From Lingula anatina (Eukaryota > Animalia > Brachiopoda): a stretch of DNA of 64,000 bases. Below the pieces are notes generated by a model, which saw only the letters and a list, made by a program, of their open reading frames with translations, did no database searches and was not told where the DNA came from. The stretch spans positions 13,392,001-13,456,000 of the forward strand of contig CM120646.1 of the NCBI GenBank assembly GCA_051362555.1, in the 5' to 3' direction. Position numbers and translations under genes: made by a program. This document shows, in pieces, positions 23,345 to 36,554 of the stretch; the stretch's first letter is position 1; each line of letters begins with the position of its first letter.

Positions 23345-25675
23345 TTTTTTTGCTTAACTCAACATTATGTCCTCGTGGCTAATAGGCTAAGTAAATCCCT
23401 TCTTTTTCCTCCAAAATATTGGGAGTTTTGGGACTGCGTTGGTGTCGTGGATATAAGCATGCCAATCTTTACGTTTTCATTCACACGAAGTTGTAAATTT
23501 TACAGGCAGAATCCAACCCATACTTGAGTTTGTGGTATCGGCTCCACTTGTTGGACGTGCGAAAGTAACCGCTTGTCCAAGTGACTGCAACCCGCCAAAG
23601 GACAAACTCAAAGTAGAAGGACATGCGGGGTTACCCGAGAGCATTGACGGGCACCTTACGGTTAAAGTTCCACTAACAAGCATCTCTAAAACATGGAAAG
23701 TGTTTAGCATACCTGGAAAACATTACGATGGAAAGTGAGTGGCCTCTTAGAAATGTCTTTTTGCTGTTATTTGATATACCGTTGTGACAGGAACCGTAGT
23801 CCTTTCCCCATTACTTTGTACAGGTGGCATCCGTCCCACATACTAACCCCAATAGTACGCCTATCTCTAGCCTGTACTAATCATATGGGACTTGGACTTT
23901 CATTCCTAGGGCTACCATTTTTGTCACACGGGCCTCTGTTTTTCGCCCAATTGTCTCATTAATGTTGACCTCTGACCAGTGGCTAAAAAAGCTGGTTGAG
24001 ATAGAACGAACTAATCTGTTCCCAATGGTCTCATGACCGCTTGAGCGAGTTCGATAATATATCCTTGACCAGCAAGTTAAGGAATAAAGTTATGCAGATA
24101 AAATTATGCTCGACTATTCTTTAAGCACTATCTTTTAATATATTTTCGAACTTATTTATTTTATGAACGTAACCCACATTTCAGCGCGGCTAAATTAAAT
24201 TTTTTTTAGTTTTTTGTCAAGCTGCGGATTTAATGCTATATCTATATTTTGCGTAAATGAAACTTACAGGATATACTTTTTTCATTATATAAAAAGAGAC
24301 GGTTTCATTTTTCAGAAAATGTTTCGCATCCAATATAATCAAATGTAATGGACCACCAAAGACTACGCCTACCCCACCGACAGAAGAACCTACAACTCCT
24401 CTGAGACCAACAACCCCGCGCCCATCTTCCACAACAGAACCTTCAACACCACCAACAACGAGTTCCCCATCAACTATGGTAGATTCTTCCACTCAGTCAA
24501 CCCTTACAATAACATCGAGCCCAACTGTAACAGCCCAACCCCCTACTATGACTGAATCCAAGCCAGCAATAACAAGTTCCACATCGACTATGACAGATTC
24601 TTCTATCCAGTCGACCTATTCAATAATATCGCCTTCTTCCTGGGCAACAGAAATTACAAGTATGGCTGAAACACCATCAGCAACAATAAGTTCCACGTCG
24701 TCTATGACAGATTCTTCCACGCAGTCAACCCCTAGGATAACATCAACCCCAACTGTTACAACAGAAGCCACAATTATGACCGAATCTACACAATCAGCAA
24801 CAAACCCCACAACATCGACAATGACAGATACTTCCACGCAGTCAACCTCTTCAATAACATCGACCCCAACAGTCACAATAGAACCCACAAGGATTACCAA
24901 CATCCCACCCGACGGAACAAATCCCCCACCACACCCAGAAACTTCTCCTCCCTCGACGTCCCCTGCAAACACATCAGACGAACCGCAAGACACGACGAAT
25001 CCCACTCCGTACGAGACCCCATCTTCTACACACACAACCTCTCCCTGGCTAACAGGCTTCACAGTGAAAACAACTCCCCTCACACCAAACACAACGGAAC
25101 TCATCACTACAACATCAGCGCCAAACACCACTTCCTTTTCCACTGAATACCCGAATGAGGACATGTGCGCCCTAATGCCCTGCGAAAATGGAGGTATCTG
25201 TGTAGATGGACAAGGCGAAACCTTTTCTTGTGTTTGTCCACAAAATTTCACTGGGCAATTCTGCCAAAATAGTAAGTCAGATTTTAGTCATGTTTCCATT
25301 AAAAGATAAACGTAAAAGTTGCGTTTATAACCTGACATCCTCGATAAATACCTACCGGTTTACAACATATACTTTTTGTCGTGTATATTATCTTTTTGTA
25401 TCATATTAGTCGAAATGCTTGTCTTATATCGTTCGGCGAAACTGGACATTTCCTTAAAAATGTAAATTTTGAAAGGTAAGATGATAGAGATGTGCCACGG
25501 ATCTCAGTTGGTTTTAGGTGTCACTTTATTTTAAGATATTGTTTTCCATTTATTTTCCTCAGGAGTCAATGGTTGGACATGTACGTGTCAAGGATGCAAC
25601 CCACAGACCTTCAGGTGTACCGGGGATCCACGCTTCCCCGAGTGTGACTGTGTCAACTGTGACTGTGACGTCTAA
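10881..25675 (+). CDS. Uncharacterised secreted multidomain protein, ~989 aa (signal peptide, triplicated pro-region, furin site, basic beta-rich domain, mucin stalk, EGF, Cys-rich tail)
   Basis: 13 phase-consistent GT-AG exons: 10881-10904, 11374-11608, 14291-14491, 14724-14982, 15304-15454, 15906-16097, 20947-21110, 21751-21901, 22302-22400, 22758-22953, 23506(or 23491)-23734, 24316-25271, 25563-25675 (2970 nt). N-terminus MNSIVTLLFFVSCVSTSA. EGF domain CALMPCENGGICVDGQGETFSCVCPQNFTGQFCQ. Confidence 0.8.
12817..13106 (+). repeat. Diverged ~110-bp direct repeat (2 copies, ~182-bp spacing)
   Basis: ttccaacatt(t/c)ccccgta...ctgaa..tgaattgaaaga.cat..agtg.aaacat occurs at ~12817 and ~12999. Confidence 0.55.
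16378..16494. repeat. Compound (TA)n(GA)n microsatellite with G-run
   Basis: Directly visible. Other microsatellites lie near 2684, 6784, 7868, 14513, 17584, 26700, 33741, 39548, 42271, 54263, 60940 and 62132. Confidence 0.9.
16737..19238 (-). CDS. Secreted single von Willebrand factor A (VWA) domain protein, ~239 aa, nested in intron 6 of the plus-strand gene
   Basis: Exons 19238-19154, 18802-18633, 17852-17693, 17524-17369 and 16885-16737 (720 nt, phases 1/0/1/1). Signal MKRFFALILTAALLLNEWCVVNS. VWA motifs DLDIVFALDSSSSI (MIDAS DxSxS), TRVGALTF, GATNIKLAL, LIWLLTD, ICVVSIG. TATATAA lies ~50 nt upstream of the ATG. Confidence 0.88.
18045..18290. mobile_element. Foldback (long imperfect palindrome) MITE-like element in VWA gene intron 2
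   Basis: Left arm ...ttgctaaatcgcttacagcttaagcggctaagatgtctggcacgcctactgaagct pairs with right arm agcttcagtaggcctgacaaacatctaagccgcctaagttgactgcaatttagcgag...; centre ~18165. Ends are approximate. Confidence 0.65.
20340..20565 (-). mobile_element. Tc1/mariner transposase C-terminal fossil
   Basis: Minus translation NNVRRMG*PSLNPDINPTDHLWHELE...NLDHLRQVL matches the Tc1 motif WPxxSPDLNPIEHLW. Related to 50965-51185. Confidence 0.75.
24476..24900 (+). repeat. Coding tandem repeat, 4 x ~114 bp (38 aa, Ser/Thr-rich mucin)
   Basis: M(V/T)D(S/T)S(T/I)QST motif with ATGs at 24476, 24590, 24704 and 24821. Confidence 0.8.
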
Positions 25676-26424
25676 AGGGTCAGCGCTGCCACTGGATTGT
25701 CAGACTTGTAAAGCCAGCAAATGAAGCACATTATTTATATACTATTCAGATGACAATTTATAGCGCGCTCTCGTGCTATGCCAGGGTTACATTTTCTTCA
25801 TTCTTATTTCATGGACTCGTATAAAACGGATAAGCTTATGTAGCTGTCCATCTAAAAAGAAAAGCACACTGAAGTCGATCATATATATGACCTCATTTTT
25901 ACCGTTAGTGACACTCGTGTCACCAGCGAGAACTCTGTCTGCTAATAGGAATGAACTCCTGTTTAGCCATATGTGACAGAATGCGTTAGCTGTCACACCC
26001 AACACAATCAAAGTTAAACGAGTGTTGAGCTTTCTCTAGATTGATATTTATTTTCTAGCTGTATTTATGGATAAAATAGCTGTAAATTTCGAACGAAAAT
26101 GATTCTACAACACTAACAGCACATAATAACTATGTACCAAGCTATATTTTCACAGAAATATGCTGCTTCTAACCATCCAGGGTACAGTTAACAGAAACAG
26201 TACTGTATATGAACAGAAAATTAACTTGAGTCATATTTTACCATTATATAATATCATATGTATGAAAGCTTTTGATCTATGGGAATGGGAATCACCCTTA
26301 GAGCTCTCCTCTATAGAGTACCTCACGCCTACATATAAGTGTATTTTCAACGCACGCATTCTAATATACTGTTAGTCTAGTTTGTTTGAACAATACGTTG
26401 AAACAGGACTTTGTGTTATATACT

Positions 26425-26650
26425 TAAGGTCCCATTCCCATTGAAACTATTGGTTTACATATATCGATCCAACTTCTTCGCGACTCTCGCTAAATGCAGT
26501 TAAAACAGAATAACATGCCTCCTTTTTTTCCAACGTAATCGTACAATCACCAAAGTTTCTGTATCCTACTCAACGCAAGGAGGAAGCGTGTTAATCTGAT
26601 CTTTTGGATCGATCTACATAGACCGCTATTTTCAATGGGAATGAGCTCTA
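26425..26650. mobile_element. MITE-like element with terminal inverted repeats
   Basis: aggtcccattcccattgaaa...atcgatccaa at the left pairs with ttggatcgatc...tttcaatgggaatgagctct at the right. Confidence 0.6.
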
Positions 26651-26696
26651 TGAGAGTCACCCTGTATTTCAGAGATAACTGAAAACTCGCCTCTAC

Positions 26697-26748
<52 letters not shown>

Positions 26749-27479
26749 CCAACTTATATATATATGTACAAAACATATATCTGAAATTTAAATACTGATA
26801 AGCCATGTTGATGATACAGGTTGATTTTCAATAGGAAACACATGTTGGAGAGAGTTTATAAATTTGTTTATAAATAATAACCCTTGGATAACCTCAGTAT
26901 GTGAAACTTAGGTCTCCGCGAGTACATGCAGGTAGTCCTCCACAATCTATATTTTTTACTTCACTAAATGTAAAATTATATCATTTTCCAGGTAGATTTA
27001 TTAATAAAGCTTTGGACAGTTTAACCTTGTTCATCATACTGTTTGGCTTATCACGCCTTTATACAGATGTACAGTACCGATCTAAAGACTGGTCTGACAT
27101 TGCATTTTTTTTTTTTTTTTGCGTAATGCTTTTTGATTTAACTACAGACTTGACATTTAATATGGAATATTTTTTCCAAAACATAATTCATCAGTTTTTT
27201 TCCTTTTTTGCTAACTGATAAATGAAAATAAGGATTAAAATCGTGTTTTAATAACTTTTGATAATCTCTTCGATGTCATTGTGACATCAGTTCATTAATT
27301 GTATTCGTCAGTGAAGCAAACAAAAATACATTGCCTATTTTAAGTCATACGACAACCATTGAAAGCAATATTTTGGATCTCCATATTTTCCTAATTATTG
27401 TCTTTAAAAGAGTTACACGCCCCCCAAAGGCCCCCATGTCAGTGTCTAGTCACAGCAACAGTCGCTGTTACGCTTAACC

Positions 27480-28480
27480 TCATCTTTCTGCTACCAGAGC
27501 TTTCAAGCCGCAAGGCATTTCTTATGATAGGCTTTTTAGAGTTTAATCTGGAATAAAATTCCAGAATACGGTTAAAACTTGTCCAATTTGGCTCCGTTTT
27601 GATGTAGGACATGCAGGCCGTTGATTCGGCGAGTAATGACCTACCCACATATTGTCTATGTGGTTCAAATATGGCGATTTTGATGACCAAGGTAGCTACT
27701 CATTCCCTTGGTTCTGTAAGTTATCTGCTATTAAAAGTGCTCTGTGTGAACCGGCAACCTCACCCTGCAACCTAAAATTGTTCCTAAGGTGCCCCCTATC
27801 AAATAATTGTCAAGTGGTTCCCAGATTATTCCTTTATTTGATCTGGTTCAGGTTTTCATCGATGACTGCCATTGGTGTTTTGGCACCAATGTGGTATCCA
27901 CTCCAAATACTGACACTGTCAATGACCCTAGTCACTTAAGAAGCGGCACACGCTTCGTCGTAGGCCTCTTCAGGATGTCTGTAAACTCTGTTTTGACCAG
28001 TTTAGTGGTAAAGGTTAAATCTGACCTCAATGAAGAAAGCCACGCGGTTTCATTGTTTTACCCAAAAACTGTCATGGCCCCCAATTCATAAGAGAAACAG
28101 ACTAGGCTGCTTTGCTGTTTACAGTGGCTTCCTCAGAGGTCGTCTGGAATCCTAACCTGCTGATATCAGTTTGGTGTTCGCTAAGAGCCTTGAAAAACAA
28201 GTTTTGGTGACAATTTGTCCCTCATTCAAAACGGACTCGGTGGTTTTGGTTTAATTGCAGCAGTATATCCTGAAGGACAGTGAGTCATATACCTTGGTGG
28301 TAAGACGTCGATGCATTGGGCTTGGTCTCTGTGTAGTGCCTCAAACAGGGCATAACTCTATAAAACTGTGTAGACCGTTCCGTTTGACACAATAATCTGT
28401 CTGGCAATGTCTGTTTTTTTCGCGCCATTCTGGCACAGCTTAACAGTTATGTAAAACGCTGCTTAACTCATTTTACGCAC
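27480..28480 (-). pseudogene. Degenerate near full-length Tc1/mariner DDE transposase
   Basis: One minus frame with stops reads NRVAFFIEVRFNLYH*TGQNRVYRHPEEAYDEAC...SVSIWSGYHIGAKTPMAVIDENLN...NFRLQGEVAGSHRA...LPWSSKSPYLNHIDNMW. This corresponds to the Tc1 motifs VLFSDESRF / VWG / QDDNAxxH / WPSxSPDLNPIENxW. An HTH-like CQNGAKKTDIARQ lies near 28400. Ends are approximate. Confidence 0.8.
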
Positions 28481-31400
28481 TGCAAAACCGATCGCTTGCA
28501 TGCAAAGTTTCAAATTCTTCTATGCAGTATTTGCCGACATATGGATACTTTTTTGACAAAACCATGCTTCGCCAAAGCCAAGCTTTGACTAGCCCAAAGG
28601 AGCACTGCCCAATTAAATTACTGCATATTACACAAGGCAGCAGTGCAACAGACTTGGTAAGCAGTTACTTGGCAGCGACACACCTGACTTCATACTTCTC
28701 CAGTCAGATGTCTTATATGAAATCTGAATTTTTTGAAAAAAGAACGCATTTTTACCTAGGTATACCTTTAAAACTGAAATATTCCATATTAAATGTCAAG
28801 TCTGTATTTCAACCAAATTTACAGAGAAAAAGAATTGAGATACTTCGAGAAATCACCTTTTAAGCAATACGAAACATAGTATTAAAATAAAAAGACAAAT
28901 ACCACTGAATGTGCTAAATGGCACGATCTACCACCATCACTATGCTTAAACATGTCAACAGCTACAAAAATTGAAATTACCACTATCATTTACAAAAGCA
29001 TTAATGGCAAATAAAGGGAAGGAAGTAATACAGTTGTCATCTCGGTGTTACAGCTGAAAAACAAAACATGATAACATGATGGCTCCGTCACAATTCTTAT
29101 TTTGTAAAGGTCCATGTAAATGTAAATCACTGATCCAAACCTAGAACTATTGCTCTGTTTTTAAATATGGTCTAAATCATCCTGCAACACCGTTACTTTG
29201 TATATCACCATGTTTTTCATCTTTTAAAGTGTGCATCAGACTGTGCCATAAACTTTTCGACTTACTGGCCATTCGGACCGCTACTTTCCTTAAAACGTCT
29301 AGTCCGTATCAGGATTCACTGGTCCGAATAAAAATTTCAGTAAGATTGCATTAGTATAGATAATAACAAGAAATTCATTTTGTCAGATGTTTATTTTAGA
29401 ATCATCGTGTAACAGTGATATTTCAAAAAACAAGATAAATCAAATCGACAGCTCTTTTGAAAAGTTATAGAAAAAGCCTAATGGCCATGTCGGACCACTA
29501 AATTTACACATTCTGAATAATTTACTGGTACAAACAAAACTTTATTAGCGGTGGGCTTACAAACAGTGACTTACGCTGCAGACTCTAATATACAAAAAAA
29601 AAAAAAAATGAGTGATCGAGAGAAAATAATCACAAAAGAAAAAATGATTTCTCAAAAACAAGAAACTGATGTTTTTAAAAATGTTATCTGTTATTTTCTC
29701 AGTCATCTTAACATACATGTAGCTACCTTTTCATTATTAAAAGTCGTGTCATATCTTTAACAAACTTCCATGAACGTATCTTTAGTATGTGAAATCCAAT
29801 TTTGATTCCCAAGAATGATGATAAAAAACAAAATGATAAACTTTTTTCAAATACTGTTAAATATTTTTTTATCTTGTGTAAAGACGATAAAAAGGTAAAT
29901 CGTGGTAAAAAGTGGCAAAAAGTGACAAAAGTGGTAAAAAGTGGCAAAAAGTGTTTTGTACTTTTTAGATACCATTTCTACCCTCCCACAAATAGTCTCT
30001 ACCACGTGGCTGACTTGTCATTCCACATAAGTACAAAACACTTTTGGTCTCTACGAACGATTTTTTTTCTGTCTCACTTTCAGATTGTAATGAAGATCTA
30101 TAACTGTTGATCACTCAGTAGGAAAAACGTGGCGATTGATTAGAAAATGAGAAACTAGAATAAAACGTGGTTTGTTGTGAATTTCATTCACTCTCTACTA
30201 ACTGCCAGGTGTTTAATGTACTGACAGTCATTATCTTTCTATCACTGTATTATAAGGATAGATCACCTCATCATTTCACTAGCATAACCTCTTGTGTGTT
30301 ACGTCACCGGTCAAGTGGAACAGGAGATGGTAACATTCAACATTACCCGTACAACTCTTTTCATGCTTGGTTTTTCAGATAGAACAACAAGTGCTTGAAG
30401 CAAATATGTTAAGCATTGTTTTTATTGCAGGACGGAAATATCGCTTCCTTATAAATAACTCACTGTCCACCACGTGGAGGGAAAGTCACTTAATCGATTT
30501 AGATAAATCCTCTCACGTTATTCACAACTCCCTCTGAATACACTTAAATCTGAATTTAATTTAGGAGGTGTTATTGAGCACACCTGTGCTATGAAAAGCT
30601 CCGTTAGCTCCCCCAACGACCTACCTGTGCTGTCCCGGTGTCAATTTCATTCACCTGTAATTAACTCCCTTTGATGTCACCGCAAGCTGTCAATTTCACA
30701 ATGGCGCGCCGCGATGCAGGGCCGAGGATCTGATATAGCGTTATAGAAATGATAATATCGCAGAGCAGCGCTTTAATTGTTGATACTTAAACCCTTCGTA
30801 ATTTCACAATGCAAAACGCGATGGGGATCATAGCTTTGAAAACAGGGGATTCAGGCCATTTAAGCGGTGATACTCTCGCGCGAACAATAGAATGCGTAGA
30901 GGTTTAATAGGATTTTCAGCCACAAGGTGTGAAAGCGGCGGTGAAAAGTTAGTGGATACTTTGTATATTGGCTGAGGAGGAAACAGGCCAGTTCTCCATG
31001 TTTTTGAGTGATCTGGGAAGCACGGGGATATGCCCCAGTACTATTTGGGTAGTGAATCCTGCCTTTCATGCATATGGACTGTTAGTTTAATTTGCAAGAG
31101 ACCTAAGTATCTTTAAGTTTAATAGAAATGTTATACACAAATACCAGTAATTAAAATGTGTTATTAGAAACAACCAATAATTGATAAGTAGACAAAATTA
31201 GATTAAAATGAGTTTAGTCCAAAGGCTGGTCATGTGCTTCAAAATGAATAGTTCGCCGTCTCAAAGAGGGAAGGAAGGTTTAAATTTCTTCCACTTGAAA
31301 TAAAAATTCAAGAACTGATTATTGGTCATTGTTCTTACTTCTGCGCATGTAAAGTGACTGGTAGCATAAAACGATCAAATAAGTTTACTTAAAAAAATAA

Positions 31401-31771
31401 AACATCTTCAAACTCGACTCTTTTGCATTTTTTACTGTAGTTTTTCTATCTAATGGAGTATTTAATATTACATACTGGTGAGTAAATACTTAATTAACCA
31501 CACACCAAGTGCGCTACAAATTTGTAATCACGGAGGCAAACACAATAATACAATGACTGACACATTCACAGTTGAACTACTGGCAATCTGAATAGGCTGG
31601 GGTGTCAATATAGTTGGTAGGGTGGGTTAATGTATTGACACACCTTTTTCTCCTCTGGGCCTGGTGGCTAAGAGCGCTTTCCCCTCTAACCAAAATGCGC
31701 TGTCCTGTAACGCTAACGAAATGGGGTACTGGTTGAAGATGCAAGTATTCAAATAGACCCCCCCCCCCCCC

Positions 31772-31808
<37 letters not shown>

Positions 31809-33736
31809 GAGGGCTGACTCTTACTCGGTAAACTGGACGATATTTTTGACGTCGTAATTCAGAATACTAAACAATATAATTACTGGTCTTTATGAATGCT
31901 ACACGTTCCCATGTGGCATCTCTTAGATGATAGCTAGACGTTAGAATATACTCCCAGCAAACAAGCCACCAAGACCTCATAGTGACTAACAAGATACTTG
32001 ACTTTTATTGGATCTGATTTGATGATAATAAGAGAAATATAATACTCCCGGCACCGCAGGTAACTTGCTGCTAATTTGGTGGCAAATGAATTAACGGTGC
32101 CAAAATTAGCTCCATTCGGCTCATTGCAGCCTTTAATTTCCCATTAATCCATTATGAATTATATGGCTTATTATTCTTGATTAGTTTACTAAGATATCAT
32201 TGATGACAAAAGTCGTTCAGTGGAAATTACATATCAGGCCTTAATAAATAGACCCGATATAATTGACTTACGATGTAATCCGCAATCAAATGTCCGATTT
32301 CCTCAATACTGCCTTCCCTTTCATCCTAGTGCATTGATTTTTTCATTTTCTTTTGAATTTCTTGGCTGTATTATATACTAAGATTATTCTAAAATTAATA
32401 TACGTAGTATTAACCAAAAAAAAAAAAACATATCATCTAATTTCGATGTGAAACAATTGTTTCTTGCGTCAAATGCGATAAACAACCCGCTAAATGATTT
32501 AATGACAAAATTCCCCAATCCCAAAGCTGTGTGTTTACCGGATTCTATATAAAGTACGAGAATTGTCCTCTTATGCAATGAAAGATGAATGAGAAAGGGA
32601 GCAGGGCGCCGACCTGGGAAGGCAAAGCAAAAAACTTTCGGAAATCCCGGTAGATTAGGGAGGCGGGGCCGCAGTTTCAAATTCGTTAAATTTCATCTTT
32701 TCAGTTAATTAGTTGGAGGTCCGATTCCGTGATTGACTGTATGTCGCAGCGATAACGTCGGAGCTCACGGTCATGCGTCTCTCTCCTCCTCTGACAATGA
32801 TTAAATACTTTTAAAAGATAAAATGCTCAGTAAAAGAGCATTTTTTTAGGAGAAAAACTGGTATGTACTTATCATCATCAGTGATTGCAAACCGGGTAAC
32901 TCTGTAACTGAAATATCTGTCTGACAATTTATTTGTTATGTTTTGTTATGTTATTTACTTGTTTGTTTGTTTGTTCATTTGTCTGTTTTTCTTTATCTAT
33001 TTATTTATATATATTATTTTTTATAAACTGTGAGCACTAGAGCCTGGTATTACAAAACTAAACCAGTTTTTATCATCCACTCGGAAGACTATTATATAGA
33101 GTTCCCGCGACGATGAATTTACCATTAACTGTATTAACTCCAATTTTTTAAAGTTAGCAATATAAGAAACTAAAACAGTTCATTTCCCGTAAAGGCTCTT
33201 TTAACTGTTCTCTTCTGAATTCATGATTATTACTGTTATAGTATTTGGATTGGGGGTGATCTTTAATAAAGAAATAATATATTTTGGTGCTTATCTATTT
33301 CTTTTAATAATACTCATTTTTTCTAATCCTTGAATTCTCTTTTCAATCTTCTTTTGTGATAATGTATAGTTGTGTTTGTCTTAATAGCAGATGGGAATAA
33401 CAATAATAATAGTATTCCATTCGCGTCTGCTTATGTGGTCAATTTATTTTTGGGGGCTAAAAGTTGACCACGTTAACAACGCTGCTAGCGTCCACACCCT
33501 ACCCCACCACCATCCATCATTGAGCCAACGCCACAAAAGTTGATAAAATACACCCCTTTAACTTCTCCGACAACACGCGAGATAGCATCTTGTCCATTAA
33601 CCCGCTAGTGAACCTCATCTTTTCACTTTTCTCTCCTTTCTTCTCGGCGTTAGGAAAGATTAGGCACGCTTCATAATGCTGTTCTCATTTCTCGCCTGGT
33701 TTCAAAGTGGCAATTACCTTCGTGCTTATCTCAAAG

Positions 33737-33783
<47 letters not shown>

Positions 33784-34477
33784 ATACATAGATGCTGTAC
33801 TCGGAAATCAGACGACAATATTTCACCTGATTATTTACCACATCTGTTCATTGGAATCAATTCATTGTAACAATTTCGATGGGTTAATTCATCATCGTAT
33901 ATCAAATATTTATAAATATACCGGATCGTATTACCAAAGTAAGTAAATATGGCATTAGCCTCAACGAACAGCTTCATCCCAAGAAACAATATACCACGAT
34001 TGATGCTAATTTTTTCTTAAAAAAAAATAAAAATAAAAAAAATAAAAAAAATAATTTTTTATATAAATTCGGAAATTTGGTTTCCCAATTATAAATATGC
34101 TATTACATGTACACATTATTGTATCTTAGCTTTCAATCATGGTGCGATTTTGCAGGTGCTCTCACATCCCTAATTTATACTTACGGGCCTGTAACATATG
34201 AGAAAAAAACAAAAAAACATGTCACTTAGAAGAAAATTATAAAAGGTCGTTTGCATCGTTCTTTACTCAATTCTAATCATTAATTTTTATAAATTGAGCC
34301 TGTGGTTCAGGTTCCAAAATATACCGAGTCGTCATTGTCTAATAGAAAAGTCACTGCTGACGTCACGCTAATCATTATCATTGTCTTCCTTCATGAAAAC
34401 TTCATTTTTTTATGTAAGATATACTTTGATATGACCATTACGAAAACACAGAGAGATCATTATCTACACGCACTCTG

Positions 34478-34739
34478 TAAGGCCCCATTTAGATTGACAC
34501 CATCGGTCTACGTGGATCGACCCAACTCTGCGGGGACTCTTGCTGACTGCAATCAGGTTAATTAAATGTCACGCCTCCTCTTAGCGTTAAGTATAATACA
34601 GAAAAAAAAGCTGGTGATTATACAATTACTTTGGAAACAAGAGGAGGAATGTCATTCAGTTAAGCTGATTCCACTTAGCGAGAGCCCCTGCAGAGGTCGA
34701 TCCATGTGCACCGATGATGTCTATTAAAATGGAGCCTTA
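34478..34739. mobile_element. Foldback MITE (Harbinger/Tourist-like termini)
   Basis: taaggccccatttagattgacaccatcggtctacgtggatcgacc pairs with ggtcgatccatgtgcaccgatgatgtctattaaaatggagcctta, and pairing continues toward the centre (cctcctctt / aagaggagg). Confidence 0.7.
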
Positions 34740-36554
34740 GAGTTTTTTACATGTATATTTCCTTAAAATGCAATAAATGTCTGTCCGAACTCGGTAGACT
34801 TCGAGAACCAAAAACAGGGTGGGTTCACAAAAAAGTTAAAATCTGAAGTTCGAACATTTGAGTCTACATGTACCGGTACCTTGACTGTAATAAATACTAT
34901 GTAGTCCACAGGTATACAGCAAATGTCTGACTTAACCTTAGCATTTTTTATCCTTTGTGAAATGGACCCAAGATGACTTCTTAAATGGGTTACGATTTTT
35001 TAAACCCAAAGTCAAATCAAGCTAGAATATTTAGTTAATATAAAAAGCTCTTATTTTAATCAACCCAAAATACATTGTCAGGTAAAGGCAGGCCCGGGTT
35101 AAGGTGTCCTGGTGCCCTAAGCACCCCCAGCACTACAGTGCCGCAATACCGGAACAGGTAACTTGTGGCAAACCAGCTTTCCATATTAAAAATCCCATTG
35201 CTTTATGCTTCTCATATACATTATTCTACTATTTCTACTGTTTTTGTATTTTTCTTTTCTACCACTCAAATACCTTTGTTTTATTTTAAATATTTTTACT
35301 CTGGCAGTTTGTTGCCCACTCAGCCGTGTTATCACAAGTTTGTGCGTTGTCTGTTTTTACAGAAATCTGTTCTGCAAGTAGTGTACAGGGGAGTCGTTGC
35401 CAGTTTCCTCATAAAATGAGCTGGAACACACTCACGCTCTCTTGTACTCGCACCCAACACACAGAAATTAGGTACCTATTGGCCCACTTCATACCACACG
35501 ACTTTACTACTGTCTGTTCAATTGGCATGATATTTATTCCCCAATACCGCAAGTAAAAGGACATGTATCAATTTAGAAAATGAGACTGGCCCATTTGATA
35601 CACGTCGTTGAGAAATTTCAGTTTAACCATCATTTTATGCTCTTTTATTGTATTTCCTCGAATACATATAAGTTTTGTGCGTGACATATTAACACGATGT
35701 ATTCTGCGTGCCAAACTGTGTCTTTCCTTTTTTTTGAGAGAGAGAGAAAGTCCATCACCTTGCTTGTCGAAGCGTGCCCAGTGCATTTTAAAGGTTCTGT
35801 TGCTGTTCAATGTTAGTAGGATGCGCGGGGGTGTCATTGTCAGCAATGACGACTAGCCTGTCTAGCATTACAGAAAACTACCTGAAGTTGACGATTGAGC
35901 CTCTTTTTAGAAATTATGAAAGCAGTCACAGTCTCAGTGGCTTTGAGGCCGTTTTGATTTTGTATGTCAGCGAACTACAAGGGTACATGCATGGCGATCC
36001 ACCTTCAATGTACTGTACATTCAAAATTAACGACTTGACTCAATAAAGAACGACTCGATAAAGAACAGTTGGTTTGTAACATTAGTTTGGCTTCATGTGA
36101 TGAATGAAGGGTGCGGATGAAGTCCTTGAAACCGTTTTGGAAATATGTAACTCCACGGTATTTTTTTCATTAATCGGATAGATACCAATTTCCACTCTGC
36201 CAATTCGTTCATGCACAAGTGGTGGCATGTTTTCACTTTCCAAATATCACTCAAGTTCTTTTCTCTCCTCTCCTTTTTTGCTTCTAAAACGAAGCTGTTT
36301 TAGGTGAAGTTGCAATACAGTCTACTCTAGTGCAAGTGTTAAAGCCCTGACAGGGTCAGCTCAAAGGATCTCCGAAAAATGCGGTAGGCTACAAAGAAAA
36401 TGTCTCCGAGGCTTGCGACCAACTGCGAGCTGCGAGTCAACCAGTTCGCTTTATGCCTCCCAGTAGTATAGTGTAGACTTCGATTATTATTCATTAATCT
36501 CTATTAATCTAAGTTGATGAATCTGGTGGGGCCTCGTGACAGACCTCATTTGTC

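Noticed and set aside
23386-23527. Possible extra exon LSKSLLFPPKYWEFWDCVGVVDISMPIF in the large secreted gene
   Set aside because: No phase-compatible donor from exon 10, and the frame stops before joining exon 11. The 22953>23506 (or 23491) junction is already in phase.
24616-25251. 211-aa Val-rich minus-strand ORF
   Set aside because: Antisense shadow of the Thr/Ser-rich mucin exon. The same applies to minus ORFs over 56359-56609 and 57868-58738.
29900-29955. Short aaaagtgg(c/t)a tandem and ORF 29802-30110
   Set aside because: Low-complexity 10-11 bp repeat, probably a transposon remnant. No coding support.
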